Part shown: in pieces, positions 28,851 through 42,487 of the stretch
How the letters are laid out: each line of letters begins with the position of its first letter
Position numbering within the stretch: position 1 is the first letter of the stretch
Notes under the pieces: model-generated
Seen by the model: the letters and a program-made list of their open reading frames with translations, nothing else
Told to the model about the DNA's origin: nothing
The model's database searches: none
Assembly: GCF_009914755.1 (NCBI RefSeq)
Contig: NC_060928.1
From: the human T2T-CHM13v2.0 reference genome, Homo sapiens
Strand: one strand, 5' to 3'
Length of the DNA: 64,000 nucleotides
Program-made: the position numbers and the translations under genes

Positions 28851-29797
28851 TGCTTTATAAAAAGGAAGGAAAGAAGAGCTGAAAAGAAGCATCTTGGGTG
28901 TACTTTCTCTTTCTCCACCACTTTTCTTGTGAGCATAGTCCATAGTTAGTAGAAAACTGACATGCAATAGACATGTGGGATGCTGAGTGGTCTTGTCACC
29001 CAACTTCGCCATTTTCACAGAGGCCTAAAGATGCTGCATGTCTTGTTCAAGGCTACACATATTCTTAGTTTGAACCAAATTGCATATTTAATAAGAAATG
29101 TTAAATCATTTTTTTTAAGCCAGGGCCAAAAGGACTTGGAAATATTTAGAAAAAGTATATTTTGTATTTGTACATAAAATTCCTACACCTGCCTATAAGC
29201 ACTCTGTAACTATTTTTCCCTTACTGAAGAATTTAGCTTTTGCTAGAATTTCAAAAGCTACGTAATTATCTGCACACAGTGTCTTGTATCTTGGAACAAA
29301 TGTTGCAGGAGCTGAGATCTGCCGCTGCTGAGGACTGGGCACTGAAGTTCAGCCACAGTCCAACACGTGAGGTGACTCCTAGGTCAGAAGGAAGCAGAAG
29401 GGACGAGGCTGCAGGTCCCAAGGATCTCCCCGTGAGGTGACAATCTGGGTGATATAACAAGCAATGGTGAGATAAAAGGTCACAGGGATGCAGGACACAG
29501 TGTGAACCACTCTCTCTCTCTGCTATGTGGAAAAGCTTTCACTTTCACTTTCCCAAGAGAAGAGGGAATTGTCACATCCTTCTTTCCAAGTTGATGTTTC
29601 TCTAATTCTTTGCCCCATCCTGTTGTATGTTTTGTGTATCTTATCCCCAAAACTATTCCCACAGCAGCATGTTTAGCTAGTGACTGAGCCCAGTGGGGAC
29701 AATAATGTATCAGCTGCTTTATTAGAAAAAGGAAGAGTGGGGGGCTGGCAACCAGTTTCCATTTGGGAGGACTCTGTCATGGTGAGCAGACAGGACG

Positions 29798-29808
29798 ATG
29801 ACTCAGCA
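29798..29808 (+). promoter_or_regulatory. Consensus NRF2/MAF ARE containing an AP-1 site
   Basis: ATGACTCAGCA equals RTGACTCAGCA, in non-repeat sequence; motif only. Confidence 0.35.
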
Positions 29809-30651
29809 GTTATATGATTTTCAGGTTCTGTATCCTGAAATTGTCTGAACATGCAGTAACACATAGATGAGGGCTTACTGACAGATGCGTAGCTTGCACG
29901 TACAGTTTCTTTTCTTCCCAGAACTTGTCTAAACATTGGAGTCATTTGTTGCCTTGGGCCTCACTGCCTGAAGCATCTCTCTTCCCTCTGAGTTCCTGAC
30001 TCCAGCTCCGTCTGGCTGCAGAGCAATCTCAGGTCTGTGTCCTTAGGTGTTTGATTCCAGCCGAGACCTGGCAGAACTTCCTGCCTTCCAGAACCAGCTA
30101 TGTCAAATACACATCGCGATTATTTTACTGAAGGGGCTTCAGCCACCTCCGCACATTGCTCAGGCTGAGTAAAAAATAGAGACCATTAACTGCGTGTGTA
30201 CCTTATTACAGAATTAACATTTAATTCTTATGCAGTGTGTGAAAAAATGTATTTCACCTCCAGAATATCCCATATACAATCTTAATTTTAATAGAAAGAA
30301 TATGCTCTGCTATGTGACGCTTAAGATACTGGGACACACAGTAATATACAACTGATATATGCTGATGTGGCAGGTGTGTTAAGTAATTCAGATATTTTTA
30401 CAGCAAAATTAAAGCAAATTAATGAAGATTAGTATCTGAGGTTTGCCAATCCTCTTGTATAAATAAAATAAACATGAGGAATATTTACCTTAAATGGAAC
30501 CTTGAATTTATCACTTGTATCACTTGCAGAAATGAGAATTTGTTAAAATAAATACAGGGCCTATGTCAATGGTAAAAAAAATTAAAATTTTACATTTCTA
30601 CTTGTAAGAGCATAATTCCTTTCAAGAATAAATAAGTAGCACATTGTATCT

Positions 30652-30670
30652 GGACAACTAGGTGGCGCTG
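30652..30670 (+). promoter_or_regulatory. Candidate CTCF site (forward)
   Basis: GGACAACTAGGTGGCGCTG versus consensus TGGCCACYAGGKGGCGCTA; CpG retained in an AT-rich background. Confidence 0.55.
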
Positions 30671-31139
30671 GTGTATTATCCTTTCAATCCCAGAAAAGCA
30701 AATTCAAATATCATCTTATATATTCCAGCTCAGTGGTCAGACATGCATGTGATCCTCAGCTGCACGTTTCAGTGGTAATTTAGAAGAGACTCATGAGTGA
30801 ATATTGGAAGTGCTGTCACTCTGCAGGGAACACTAACTACTCTCTAGCTTCCCATTGGCATGTTGCAGATACAGACCTTGAATTCAGAATCTTACTTTTA
30901 AAATTTCTAGAAAATCTGGTATTCTTCTGAAGGTAGGAAGCATTTTGAATTAAAAATGTCTTTGGAAATGTGGATCCTTACAGATACCAGAATATTTAAG
31001 AGAGATTATTCAAAGCAATTTTGTTACCATCAGAGGTTTTAAAAATGAAATTTCACAGGACACAGCCAAAGGGACGCTTGTAAGTAATTAGATCCTACAT
31101 AAAGACAGTATTTAAATTTCAAATGTAGACTTGCGAAAT

Positions 31140-31375
31140 TACATAATAACATCAGGTACTTGTGTCATTCTAATGGTTTTAGGCGCTGTTTAAGTACTTT
31201 GCATATATTAACTCAATTATTCCCACAACAGCCTTTGAAGTATTGGATGAAGTTACTGGGAAACGGAGAGAAGCGGTAACTTGCCCAGTGCCAAGCAGCT
31301 ACAAGTTCTGGGACAGAGCTTCAAATACAAGAGAATTTTCTGTCTTGGTCACTATTCTTTCCACATTGCCTCTTA
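31140..31375 (-). mobile_element. MIR
   Basis: AGGCGCTGTTTAAGTACTTTGCATATATTAACTCA...CACAACAGCC...GTAACTTGCCCAG. Confidence 0.8.
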
Positions 31376-31897
31376 AACAGCCTGCATAAACACTTCTTTA
31401 AACAATTTTAGTGTGACACAGATGCTTACAGTGCAAAATTAAAATAAACTTAACAGATAAATTAGAATTGGACATTTGTCTGATAGCAACATGATAGCTA
31501 TAAGATCAATAACTTTCCGTCACAGAAATAATATAGAATTTAAACTTTACTTGCATATAATCTAGATAGAAAAATTTGCATATAAGAAAAAGAGTGTGAG
31601 ACACATCAGGAAATGTATCAAGATACTGTTGAACTGGCTCATTTAAAACCTGAATACCCAGGGGACATCACCAATATTGTCCTCAGATAATGATGTAGAA
31701 ATGCATTTCCTTGAATATATGCTTATCTTTATTTTCATCAGTAGGATCCATGAGAAATAATGAAAAGGAATCTTTTGTTAAAAGATAAGTACAGGTGTCT
31801 TCGAAGTAGTTCAACATGCCATGGGCAAACCTTTACTGAGTACTTAAATAAAGCAGAGATTATGCCATGGAAAGCATGAGAACTGAAAAGAATATGG

Positions 31898-32478
31898 CTG
31901 TCTTAGTTTTCTACTGCTGCGTAACATATTACCATATTTAGCAGCTTAGAACTGCACCCATTTATTAGCTCACAATTCTACAGATGAGAAGTCCAGAAGT
32001 CCTGGACCCTCTGCTTTAGGGTCTCACATAGCCACACTCAGGGGTTGGGCTAGCCTGAGTTCTTACCTGGGAATCTGGAGAAGAGTCAGTCAATTCAGTT
32101 GCCGGCAGAATTCAGTCATGTGCAGCTGTAGGATTGAGGTCCCTGTTTCTTTGCTGGCTATTGACCAGGAGCTGTTGTCAGCTTCTGGAGGCCACCTATA
32201 TTCCCAGGCTTGTGGGCCTTCCATTTTCAAAGCCAGCAATGGCACGTCAAATCCTTCCTATGCTTTGAATCTTCCTGACTTCCCATCATGCCGCTGTCAT
32301 CACCTTTTAAAGGATGTGTGTGCTTAAGTGAGGCACATGCCAGTTAATCATGGTATTTTAAGGCAACCTGATTTGGGACTTTAATTACAACAACAGAACC
32401 TCTGCAGTGCGTAGATGACTGTTTGAGTTACCAGAAGATAGGAATATTAGGGAGTCATCTTTGGAATTCTGACCCACA
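31898..32478 (-). mobile_element. MLT1E-type MaLR solo LTR
   Basis: TCTTAGTTTTCTACTGCTGCGTAACA; GGCAGAATTCAGT; GCTGTAGGATTGAGGTCCC; AAAGCCAGCAATGG; terminal GAATTCTGACCCACA. Confidence 0.85.
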
Positions 32479-32604
32479 TCATCAATGGCTACACCATCAA
32501 GAGGCACATTTTGTTCATCTTATGATTCCTTGTCAGTGGACACACTTTTCCTAATGTCAAGGTGACTATTGACGTGGATAATGAACTTGGAGATTAAGCC
32601 AGAA

Positions 32605-32820
32605 TATAGTAATAACCACCATGAATTAAGTACATGGAATATGCTTGGTGTCTCAAACACACTTTCTCCTTTGATCCTCACACAACACTTCAAGTATAAA
32701 GCTGAGCTTCATAGACTTTCTGCAACTTGCTAACATCAGACAGCCAGTAAATGAGGGAGCCAAACTTCAAGAAAAGAACTGTATGAACACAGTGTCTGTG
32801 CTTTTTGCAGCACAGCATGA
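32605..32820 (-). mobile_element. MIR fragment
   Basis: TTTGATCCTCACACAAC...CAACTTGCTAACATCAGACAGCCAGTAAATG. Confidence 0.6.
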
Positions 32821-33524
32821 AGGAAAAAGGATCTGAGAGTCTTGTCCTTGAGAAGAAAGTTACACTTCAAGCAGAAAGATTAAATAAAATTTGTTATGCA
32901 ACATCAATATGATTAATGATTCATTACAGATAGTATAAAATGTTTTATATGTATGTACCTGTTATTCCATGTTCATTTTTATCACACTAATTAAGAAAGT
33001 TTTATATATAATGTGTATATGTGTATGTTTTATATATAAAGTATATAATGGAAATTAAGATTAATTCAAAGATGCTAGAAGCAGCTATAGAATAATTATT
33101 GAGATGGGATTTTATCAGGAATGGGGAAGCCTGAAGGGAATCTAAAACATTTGCTTGCAGATATGGTGACCTTAAATTTGTTTGTTCTACCTTCAAACAC
33201 CAGTTTGAAGGGCACCGTTTTAAATTGGGGTGTCATACTTAGAGCCCATTTTTAAAGAAAGCAGCACCTCAGAGGGTTAATTTCTAATAAACATTTGAAA
33301 CAGCTCCTCTCATACTGATGGATAAAACTCTGTCCTGTCAAATGTATGAACTACAGAACCATGAATCTCCTATCAAAAGAAGTTTTTAGACTTGTGCTAA
33401 TGGATTTAATCTTACCACTCATGATGTGGTTCTCAAAAGTGATGATGGTGAGAAGATCCTAAAAGGGGTGGAACTTAGGAAATCCAGTTGGGAATTTAAG
33501 TTCTAGGATAAAATAAGAATGTTC

Positions 33525-33937
33525 ATTGTCTTAGTTTATTTGTGCTGCTGTAACAAACTACCTTAGACTGGGTAATGTATAAAGAACAGAAATGTATTTC
33601 TCACGATTCTGGAGGCTGGGAAGTTGAAGACCAAGGTACCAGCAGATTTGGTGTGTGGTGAAGCCTTGCTCTCTGCTTCACAGGTGGCCCCTCCTACTGA
33701 GTCCTCACTTGGTGGAGGGGGTGAATGCTGTGTCCTCACATGGGGGAAGGACGGAAGGGCAAAAGGGACAAAATTGCTTCATCAAGCCCTTTTATAAGGA
33801 CATTAATCCCTCATGGAGATATAAGAGCCCTCATGGCTACTAATCGTCTCTCTAAGGCCTTACTTAACACCGTCACCTTGGGGGTTATGTTCCAACATAT
33901 GAATTTTGGAGGAACACATGCATCCAAACTATGGCAC
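33525..33937 (-). mobile_element. MSTD-like MaLR solo LTR
   Basis: AGACTGGGTAAT...TTCTGGAGGCTGGGAAG...AATGCTGTGTCCTCACATGG...ATGAATTTTGGAGG...AAACTATGGCA. Confidence 0.88.
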
Positions 33938-33954
33938 TGGTCATGACGACCGCC

Positions 33955-34205
33955 ACTGCTAATAGTATCATGTATTAAATATTCATGTCGGCTAGTCAAC
34001 TGAGTTAAGAGAATATTTCTAGACCACTATGTAAAAAATGATACTGTTCCTATTTTGGAGATGAGGAAATGTGAGATCAAGAAACTGTCACTTTCTCAAG
34101 CTCTCATAGCAACTAATTGACAAAGCTGGAATTCGAGCTTAGCAGGGTAATTGTGTTTTTCAAAAGTGTTGTTTTTTTCTCCTATGTCATTGGGCCTCTC
34201 CACAA
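33955..34205 (-). mobile_element. MIR fragment
   Basis: CCTATTTTGGAGATGAGGAAA MIR core; GCTGGAATTCGA. Confidence 0.6.
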
Positions 34206-34341
34206 TTTAGCTTTGTCCAGAAATATCTGACATCCTGAAAGTGCTCTTGGTTTATGTGTGACTCACGTAGGACATACACAATGTCTTGCCTTTTTTTTTC
34301 CTACTGCCATTACTTTTAAATGAGCCCAGCCAAATGCCCTG

Positions 34342-34360
34342 TATGGCCACCTAGTGGGCC
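34342..34360 (-). promoter_or_regulatory. Candidate CTCF site (reverse)
   Basis: Reverse complement GGCCCACTAGGTGGCCATA contains CCACTAGGTGGC core. Confidence 0.55.
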
Positions 34361-35354
34361 ATGTGTCAGTGACATCTGAGAGCAGGGTTAATACTTGATG
34401 GTGGAAAATAACTTTTGTGCATGTGGAATTAAGTAATCAAACTGGTGATCCTGTCCTTATGAATACAGTACTCCTCCCTATATGATTAAATAGTCCAAAG
34501 TGATTGAAAACTATTTGTCATACTTTAGTAGTAGACAAAGAGTGGTAGAATGATTTTTTTTATTCTTAATGATTCCAAAACCACATATGAGATATGAAGA
34601 AAACAGATGCAGAAAATTCTGAGTAAGGTAAGGAGTAAGATTCTTAGACGTGAGAAACTGGCAACCTAGATCTCCCAGGTGAGTAAGACAAACAAATATC
34701 AGTGTAGGACAAGCTAAGTAAAAGAAATATATCTATGGGTTAGAAACAATCTAAGCAAATTAACTATAAATTATTGCAGAGGAACTAATTGTTATGTGGC
34801 TTAATAAACTTAGGATATAATAGTCTCAGTTGGTAAAGAAATCTTTATATACTTATTTTCTAAGTTTTCTTGCCACCAGCCATAAGAAGTAATAAAGAAA
34901 GTAACTAAATGTGGTGTAAAATCCTTAAAGCGTTAAGGAGGAGAACATTAAAAAGAAGCTACAGTGAAGTGCTGATTAACAAAGCAATCCTGTTTGGTGC
35001 TTGTTTTCCACCATCATCTACATACCATGACCTCTGGGAACGTTTTGATAATTCAGTAAGCTCTTTGAAGATGAATTTTGGTAAGTGAAGTAACTTCAAG
35101 AGGAGTATCTTGAGGAGATCTGGAGGCTCAGGGGAAAGTAGGTCTCTGTTAGGTTGTTTGCTTCCGGTAGCAGGGGAGTAAGAGGTATCATTCATTTGAC
35201 AGGGCAGTAGGAGAGGGTGTCTAGGAAGTAGTGAGAGAGACCATCACTATTGCAAGTATCATTGTCCTCTGTGCTTTGTCCATCCTGTAAAAAATTTTAC
35301 TGTTTAATGGATTTTTTTAATATATTCAGTAATTTAAATATTGCATATTTTAAA

Positions 35355-36160
35355 GTCAGTAGACTTCACTTTGTTAGGTTTACAGAAAAATTGAACAGAA
35401 TATAGATAATTCTCTCTCTCTCTTCCCCATCAGTTTCCTCTGTTATTAATATCGCACATTGGTGTGGTACATTCTTCTACAACTGATGCACCAATGTAAT
35501 AAATTATTACCAATGGAAATTTATAGTGTACATTAGGCTTCACCCTTTGTGTTGTGTAGTTCCATGGGTTTTGCCAAATGCATAATGTCATACAACTGCT
35601 GTTACCGTATCACACAGAATAGTTTCAATCCCCTAAAAATGTCCTCTACTCCACCTATTCATCCTCTCCTCATATTCCCCTCAATCCTGGCAACCACTGA
35701 TCTTTTTACCCTTTATAGTCTTGTGTTTTCCAGAGTGTCACAGAGTTGGAACCATAGAGTGTAGTATTTTCAGAGTGACTTCTTTCACATTAGCAATATG
35801 CGGTGATGGTTCCTCCATGATTTTTTATGGCTCGATGGGTCATTTCTTTTGACCGCTGAATAATATGTCTGAATTATTGTCTAGATGTGCCATGATTTAT
35901 TTATTCATTCACCTATTGACAGACATCCTGGTTTCTTCCCATTTGGGGCAACTATGCATAATTCCACTATAAACATGTATATGCAGGTTTTTGTGTAGAT
36001 TATAAGTGTTCAGCTCAGTGAAGTAAATACCTAGGAGCAAAGCTTGCTGGATCATGGGATAAGATTATGTTTAGCTTTGTAGACTAAAGCTTTCTTCCAA
36101 AGTGGCTGTATCATTTTGCATTGCCATTAGCGATGAATGAGAATTCCTGTTGCTCCATCA
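35355..36160 (-). mobile_element. L1MC (MC2-like) 3' fragment
   Basis: TAGGTTTACAGAAAAATTGA, GTGTGGTACATT, CAGAATAGTTTCA, CCTGGCAACCACTGATCTTTTTAC, TTCCAAAGTGGCTGTA. Confidence 0.88.
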
Positions 36161-36639
36161 TGGATCATTTTAAACAATGACAAATGAGAGCTGATTTTGC
36201 ATACTGGAAGCTTTAATCTGCTTATAGGCATGGGCAGAGAAGAAATATCTTCAGTAATAGTCATAATTTTATACTGTGGTAGCACTATGTCATGTCTAAA
36301 AATTATAACAATAACAGATTATTTACTTTTCTTTGACCAGAGGCCTTATTTTAGAATAAGCTAATGAATAAGAATAATATTATTAAAATATTTAATGATT
36401 ACACACATTTAAAAAGCTGAAATACATTAGTTTATATAAAACATCTCATTTCACAACTATACAAGGCATTTTAGGTAATGTTCTACAAATATGAGTACTA
36501 CATAGACTCTCAATTTGAGTGGCATATCCTGGTGACAAAGAAGATGGACTTTGGAAATGTACAATATGGACAAATTACATAGCTTGAACTTCAATTATAT
36601 TATCTGTAAACTGATTATAATAGTACACTCTGATTAAGC

Positions 36640-36860
36640 ATGGACAAAGCCCAGAAATCGGGAATGCATAGGGTATATTTGGTGGAGGATGAGAAGTCTG
36701 TTTTGTATTATTCTTATAGGACAATACTGTTGAGGGTCCTTAATGTCACTCTAAAGAGTTTGGACTTTATTTGGTGTATGGAAATCCACTGAAGAGTTTT
36801 TTAAAGGTTGCTCACAGAAGGTGGCCTATTCAGACTTTTACTTTAAGATTATTTGAGAAT
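36640..36860 (-). mobile_element. L2 fragment
   Basis: GAGGGTCCTTAATGTCA...AAAGAGTTTGGACTTTAT...CCACTGAAG. Confidence 0.5.
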
Positions 36861-36919
36861 AGAGTTAAAAATTTTTGAAAGAATTAATGTATCTTGACAA
36901 CTCTTCAGAGCTGCACCAT

Positions 36920-37480
36920 TGCCATTCTGTTACTCTTTTCTGTGAATTAGAAAGAGAGCTCCTTTCCTCAAGATCTTATCATTTTCTGGATAATTTTCTA
37001 GTCTATCCAAGATCTTACCATCGTGTCGTTTGATAACTGTGCTGTGGCTGACACCCCTCAGCGTTGCTCAGTGCACAACAGTGCAATTGTATGCAGGAGT
37101 CTTCTTAACATCCTGTTATTTCCTCCATAGTTCAATAAAACAGGCCTAGCAAGGTTCTTCTTTTAGTTTCTTTTTTGAGCTATTTATTTTTTACTCCTTT
37201 TGTTTTAAATATACCTAATACAGCCATACCCAAAATCTTTACCTCTGCTTCTAATATTTTCCCCTTTTTGGAGCTTAATTCAGCATACTGGACTTCCCTA
37301 TTTTGATATTCTGATGCTTTTCAAAACTAACTTATCCAGCATTGAACTCATTATCTTCCAACCTCCAAGCAGCTCTTCCTGATTACTCTCTCTCTCTGTT
37401 AACAGCAACACCTTTGTTTTAGCCACTCAGCCTGCAGGCCAAAGAGTTATGTTTGATTCCTCTTTTCTTCCTGTTCCCAG
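36920..37480 (+). mobile_element. L2 fragment, with possible MER91-like hAT pieces at ~37055-37105 and ~37485-37630
   Basis: TCAAAACTAACTTATCCAGCATTGAACTCATTATCTTCC; GAGTTATGTTTGATTCCTC; CAGTGCACAAC / GGTTGTGCACTG motifs. Confidence 0.5.
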
Positions 37481-40400
37481 TATCACTGTTTATGTTTGTG
37501 CAGGTTGTGCACTGCCAAATCTAAGGAGCACCATTACATCATAAGCATTGTGAACTTATATAACAATTAGGACAATTTTCCATCACATCTTTTTGTGCAG
37601 AGCACTGTTTGTCCCTGGCATAAAGGCCTTTCATGGGTTAGTGACAGTCTTGTAAGGAGGTAGTGAGCAAATTCTTAAAAACTGGAAGCAGCAAGTATAA
37701 ATATAAAGTCATGCCTCAAATATTTGTTGGTTTAGCAGTCACAGCAATAGAGAAGACTGTGACATCTAAGAGTGGTAAGACTCTTTTATGATTGGAGCAT
37801 CTATTCAGGCAGAGACAAGAAAGTAATTAAACATGTAGAGATCTGAGACGGAGACAAAAAATGATAACAGTGTGATTTGATTGTATAGGCATTGATCATG
37901 TTTTATATTAGAGCAGAAAACACTATGATAAGATATATTGAATGCAGTCCTGACTTTCTGCTTAGCCATTTCCTCTAAAATATTCTGACAAATATTCTCA
38001 AGGACAAAAGTGTTCTTAGAGCCTGGGGACTATGGGTCATTGAGATAGTCATAATCCCTCCTCCCAGTTTTGCTCCACTGTGAATTTTGTAGAAAGTTTG
38101 CCAGAGGACAAATGTGGGAGACGTTATCTTTCCTACTACAGTGTTTCAAATCAAAATTGTAAATGATGGGAGTTGAATGACAGCTATCACCGTATCAGCA
38201 CACAGGGCGGATGGCACTGAAAAGAACATCACCAGTGCTCCAGAGACGCAAAATGTTTCCCTGCATACATCATTAGTTTTCCTCCATGGTGTTACGGGGG
38301 AGTTTTAAGCTGATTTAGTTCTTTGAGTGGTAGGTAGTGGCAGTTGCTGTAGCTTGGCATGAAGTGCAGATTGTTCCACATTGTGGAAACAGACATCATC
38401 ATTATATTGAGTCTGAAAAGGCCTGTTCATCAGTATGTCAGCCAGTAGGATTATGTGACAAAGGGGTGAGAATATCGCCTGAAGATGACTAGGCCCTCGA
38501 AGTCTCAAACAGGTTAAAAATAGTAGTTATGATTTGCATAAACCAACAATCTTTGCTATTCCTCTATGTTTAGGCCTCTACCAAGATAATTCTTATCTAT
38601 TTGCTAATTACTTTATACTTGCTAAAGCAGTCAAAAGCAGCCTCATCTTTGGTTTTAGGAAAGTACCATGTGGACAGGGCAAGTTGTATTATCCTGATTT
38701 TATGGAAGAGGCAACTGACATCCAGTGAGATAAAATTGTGGAAACGTCATTATTAACTGAGAACTGAACAGATACTCTGCCCCCATCCCTAGGCTCCTTC
38801 ATCTATGAGACAATGCCTCTTTAAAGGTAACTCTTTAAGTTATCTTTGAGATAAGTGGGGAGCATCTCCCACCACTGGGTCTGAAGATCAGTGTCATGAC
38901 CACATGAATTTACTCTGTTAACCATTAAGCTGCCGGTGTAGTGGATTCTGAGGTGATAAACTTGCTTCCACATCATGCTCCTACTTTGCTGTCGCTGCAC
39001 TCAGCTCTTGGATTTCAGCACAAAAAATTATTACCCAAGAGCTGTAGATACAGAGATTTTACATTATTAAACCCAACACTTTGCAATATATGAAGAAAAA
39101 CCTTCTTTAACCAAATCTATATGAACAACTTTAGTTCAAATCAGTCTTTAGGGTTTCCATCTTCCTCTGGGAAAGTGAGAGCTAGTAGGAGAAGTTTACT
39201 GTTCTTACAGAGGAGTACGCTGGAATCACACTTCAAAACCTCCTTATAGATACAACCGTAGAAGTAAATTGCCTACAACAGAAGTCCTTTCATTCTTCTG
39301 TAATGGAATTTCTTTGAGTGGAGACCAAGGTGCCCTCTCCCCTTCCCACATTTTCTCCAGGAATTCTCTTACTGTGAACTGTTTTTCTCGTGAGTTTCTC
39401 TGTATATGTCTAATCTGACATAAAATATGCATACCATAAAAGTTTTCAATTAACTTCTAATCTGAATTAACCAGACTCTGGTAGACATTTAATAAAAGGC
39501 AATTGCATAAAAGTTTAATGTATTCATGCTTTTATTGGGATTTAGGTTAGATCTATATTTGTAAATGGGATCAGACACGACCAATCTATTTTGTGATTTC
39601 ATGAAACATTGTTTATTATGAGTTTCTCCAAATACACTCTGGTTCTGTTTATTTTTATGTATATGTAGATAATCTACAGTGCATAATAATGACAGATCTT
39701 TTTCTTTGAGCTAATATTGCTGCAACCATGTCCTGGGTGTTTTAAAAACAAAAGTTTTCATTTGCCAGTCACCTTATTTGATATAAATTAGCAATAATTC
39801 CTTTGTTGCTGATTTGTTTTACAGTTCCAAAGGAAACTAAACAGAGATTTACTTCCCATCTCTTTTATGTAGTGTCTCAATAATTTTTGAAAATAAAGAG
39901 GTAGTTAGCTATGATATAGTATTGGTATAAACCAGATTGAGAGAGAGAGACATACAATTGATAGGTACGGGCAGAATATATACTAAGGCATCCTTAATCT
40001 TCAGCTCACGAATCCGTAATTCATTATCTGATGGAAATACATCTACGCTATTGATTTCCATAAGATGAAGACTTTTGGTTTCTCTAATCACGTCCATTAG
40101 TTTCCTCTAGACAGATTAATAATTGTTCACAATTGCTAATGGCAATTGTAGGCATTTAATTTTGCCTCTACCCTTGTGAAGTTGCTACTTGGCAGCATAT
40201 TTGTGCAGTAGTAGATAAAGAATAATCCTAAGGCAATAAAACAGTCTCCATTTGTTATAGTACTTTGTTTACAAAAGCATCGTTATAAGCACTTCAGAGT
40301 ACAAAACTGTCCACGTACTTTTTTTAAAATTAGAAATTTATTTTAGACTTTAAGACAATTTCATTACCTAAGGGACCAAAAACTGATTTTTAAAACTGAT

Positions 40401-41863
40401 GTTACCCAAAGAAGATGAGCTTCTTTATTTTCTTTTGACTGGTAAATCTGAACAATACAAATCTAAGCAATGAATCTTTTCAAGAGAATTGCAGTTATTT
40501 TTAAGTCCATATGTAGAATGTTTATACATTTATACAATAGATTTTATGTTTTATTGTCTCATTTCTTATGATTTAGAGTGGTTTTTGAGTCTGATATGTG
40601 TTAATTCTTTAAGAACATCTTAAAATGTTGCTCTACGATTATTTTAAATTAAGTAGATGTACCCTCAGTTCTATTCAATGGCATTCAGTTGCTGAAGAAT
40701 TGATCAATTATTTTAGAGAAGTTTCTACTGTGGCACAGACCTCAGATTTCTATGGAAGATGTAAAAGTCCTCAATGTTCAGAGTAAAAGTATTGATTGCA
40801 AAATGACTTTCAACTCCAAACAAGCTTTGATTTAAATGATAATATCTTCCAATTGCTAAAACTAGATACAACATTTGATGTACCTAAGCATAAATCATTC
40901 TTCCATCCTATAAATATTGCCTAAAATTAAGGAACTTATTAGGTAATATAATCATAATAAGAATTAACGTATATCAACATACCCATTGCCATAGTTTCTA
41001 AACACACCTAGCCTTAACTGCAATGTGGTCAGTGTGGTATTAAATAAGTCTCTTTTTTAGTTCTATATACATTGTAGAAGTTTTTTTAATAGACTTATAC
41101 CCCCTTTATAGCTTATTCAAGTGTTGCCATTTCCCTTCCAACAGTGGCTTTATTTGAATTTTCATGGGAATAAAAGGTTAAATTAAGGATGTGTGGTTAA
41201 ATTTCTCATTTTTTCTCATGATGTGGTGTTAGATGCATTAGAGTATCTAAGAATGAATTTGGAAGCACTTAATTGGAATTATCATTATTTTGCTTTACAG
41301 TATTTATTTCTAAGTCTTTAATATCAAAATAAGTAACAAATAAAATTTATGTAAATATCCAAATAGAAAAGAGCAGGGAAATTCATTTTGTGCAATATTG
41401 TTGTATTTGGTATGATTCTTTTTTTATCGAAAATATGTCTTTGTGTGAACAACATAAAATGGAAGATTTAGTATAACATTTGCCTTATATTTATTTCCAC
41501 TGTTTAATGCTAATGGCTATGGCACTATGTGCTTTTCATATTCTTTAGCAGGGACAAATTGTTTAGATTTATTTCTCTATTGAGAACTTTAAAGCCACAA
41601 TATTCCTATTGTAAAGAGTTTATCTTTTGTCGTCCTACAGAATAGATGTTTAACAGTTAATTCCTCTTTCTCTTGTTTTTGTTAGTGGTTTCAGTAATGA
41701 TACATCGTTTACCTAACTTTGAAGGACAAATGACACAGCTGATCTTGAAACTTACGTACCAGATAATACGTACTGTCATCTTACAGCAAGTTTTGTGGGT
41801 TTTAACATTGGAGAGCCTGATTATTTCTGTTCTTGGTTCAAGTTTGTTGCTTGGCCTTAGTGA

Positions 41864-42308
41864 TGGTACTAGTCAGGGTTCTCTAGAGAAACAGAATCAA
41901 CAAAATGTTAGAATATGTACGCGTGTGTGTGTGTCTACACACATACACAGAGAAGAGAGATTGAGAGAGATTTAAGTTATTGGCTCACAGGATTGTGGAG
42001 GTTTGGCAAGTTCAAAATCTGATGTGGTAGGCTGACAGGCTGGAGACCCAGGGAAGAGTTGCAGTTTAAATCCAAAGACAGTGTGCTGGAAACATACCTT
42101 CTTACTTAGGGAAGGAAGTTCAGTCTTTATTAATGCCTGTAAGTGACTGGGTGAGGGTCACTCACATTATGGAGAGCAATCTTCTTTACTCAAAATCCAC
42201 CAATCTAAAAGTTAATCTCATCAAGAAACACCTTAACAGAAACACCCAAAATCGTGTTTGACCAAATATCTCGGCACCATGACCCAGGTACATCGACACA
42301 TAAAATTG
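41864..42308 (-). mobile_element. MLT2 (MLT2D-like) ERVL solo LTR
   Basis: TAGTCAGGGTTCTCTAGAGAAACAGAA; CAGGCTGGAGACCCAGGGAAGAGTTG; TGTTTGACCAAATATCT; GACACATAAAATT. Confidence 0.9.
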
Positions 42309-42487
42309 TGTTGCTGACATCATGGCACCCTGTCCTGTGCCTGCGTCTCTTCAGTAGCACTCATACATTCTACTTATAGGACTGCTGCCCTCTTCTGCTT
42401 TCTCAGAGGTCTGCAGGGTTTTCTTCCCCGCCTTGAAGTACTAAAGCTATTACTACTAATAATCACTACCATCATGGATATTTATTA

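Noticed and set aside
39968-39987. GGCAGAATATATACTAA resembling the U6 snRNA 5' end
   Set aside because: Similarity is under 20 nt and does not extend on either side
39909-40097. 62-aa minus-strand ORF with protein-like composition
   Set aside because: No recognised homology, no clear splice or polyA/TSD context; expected by chance
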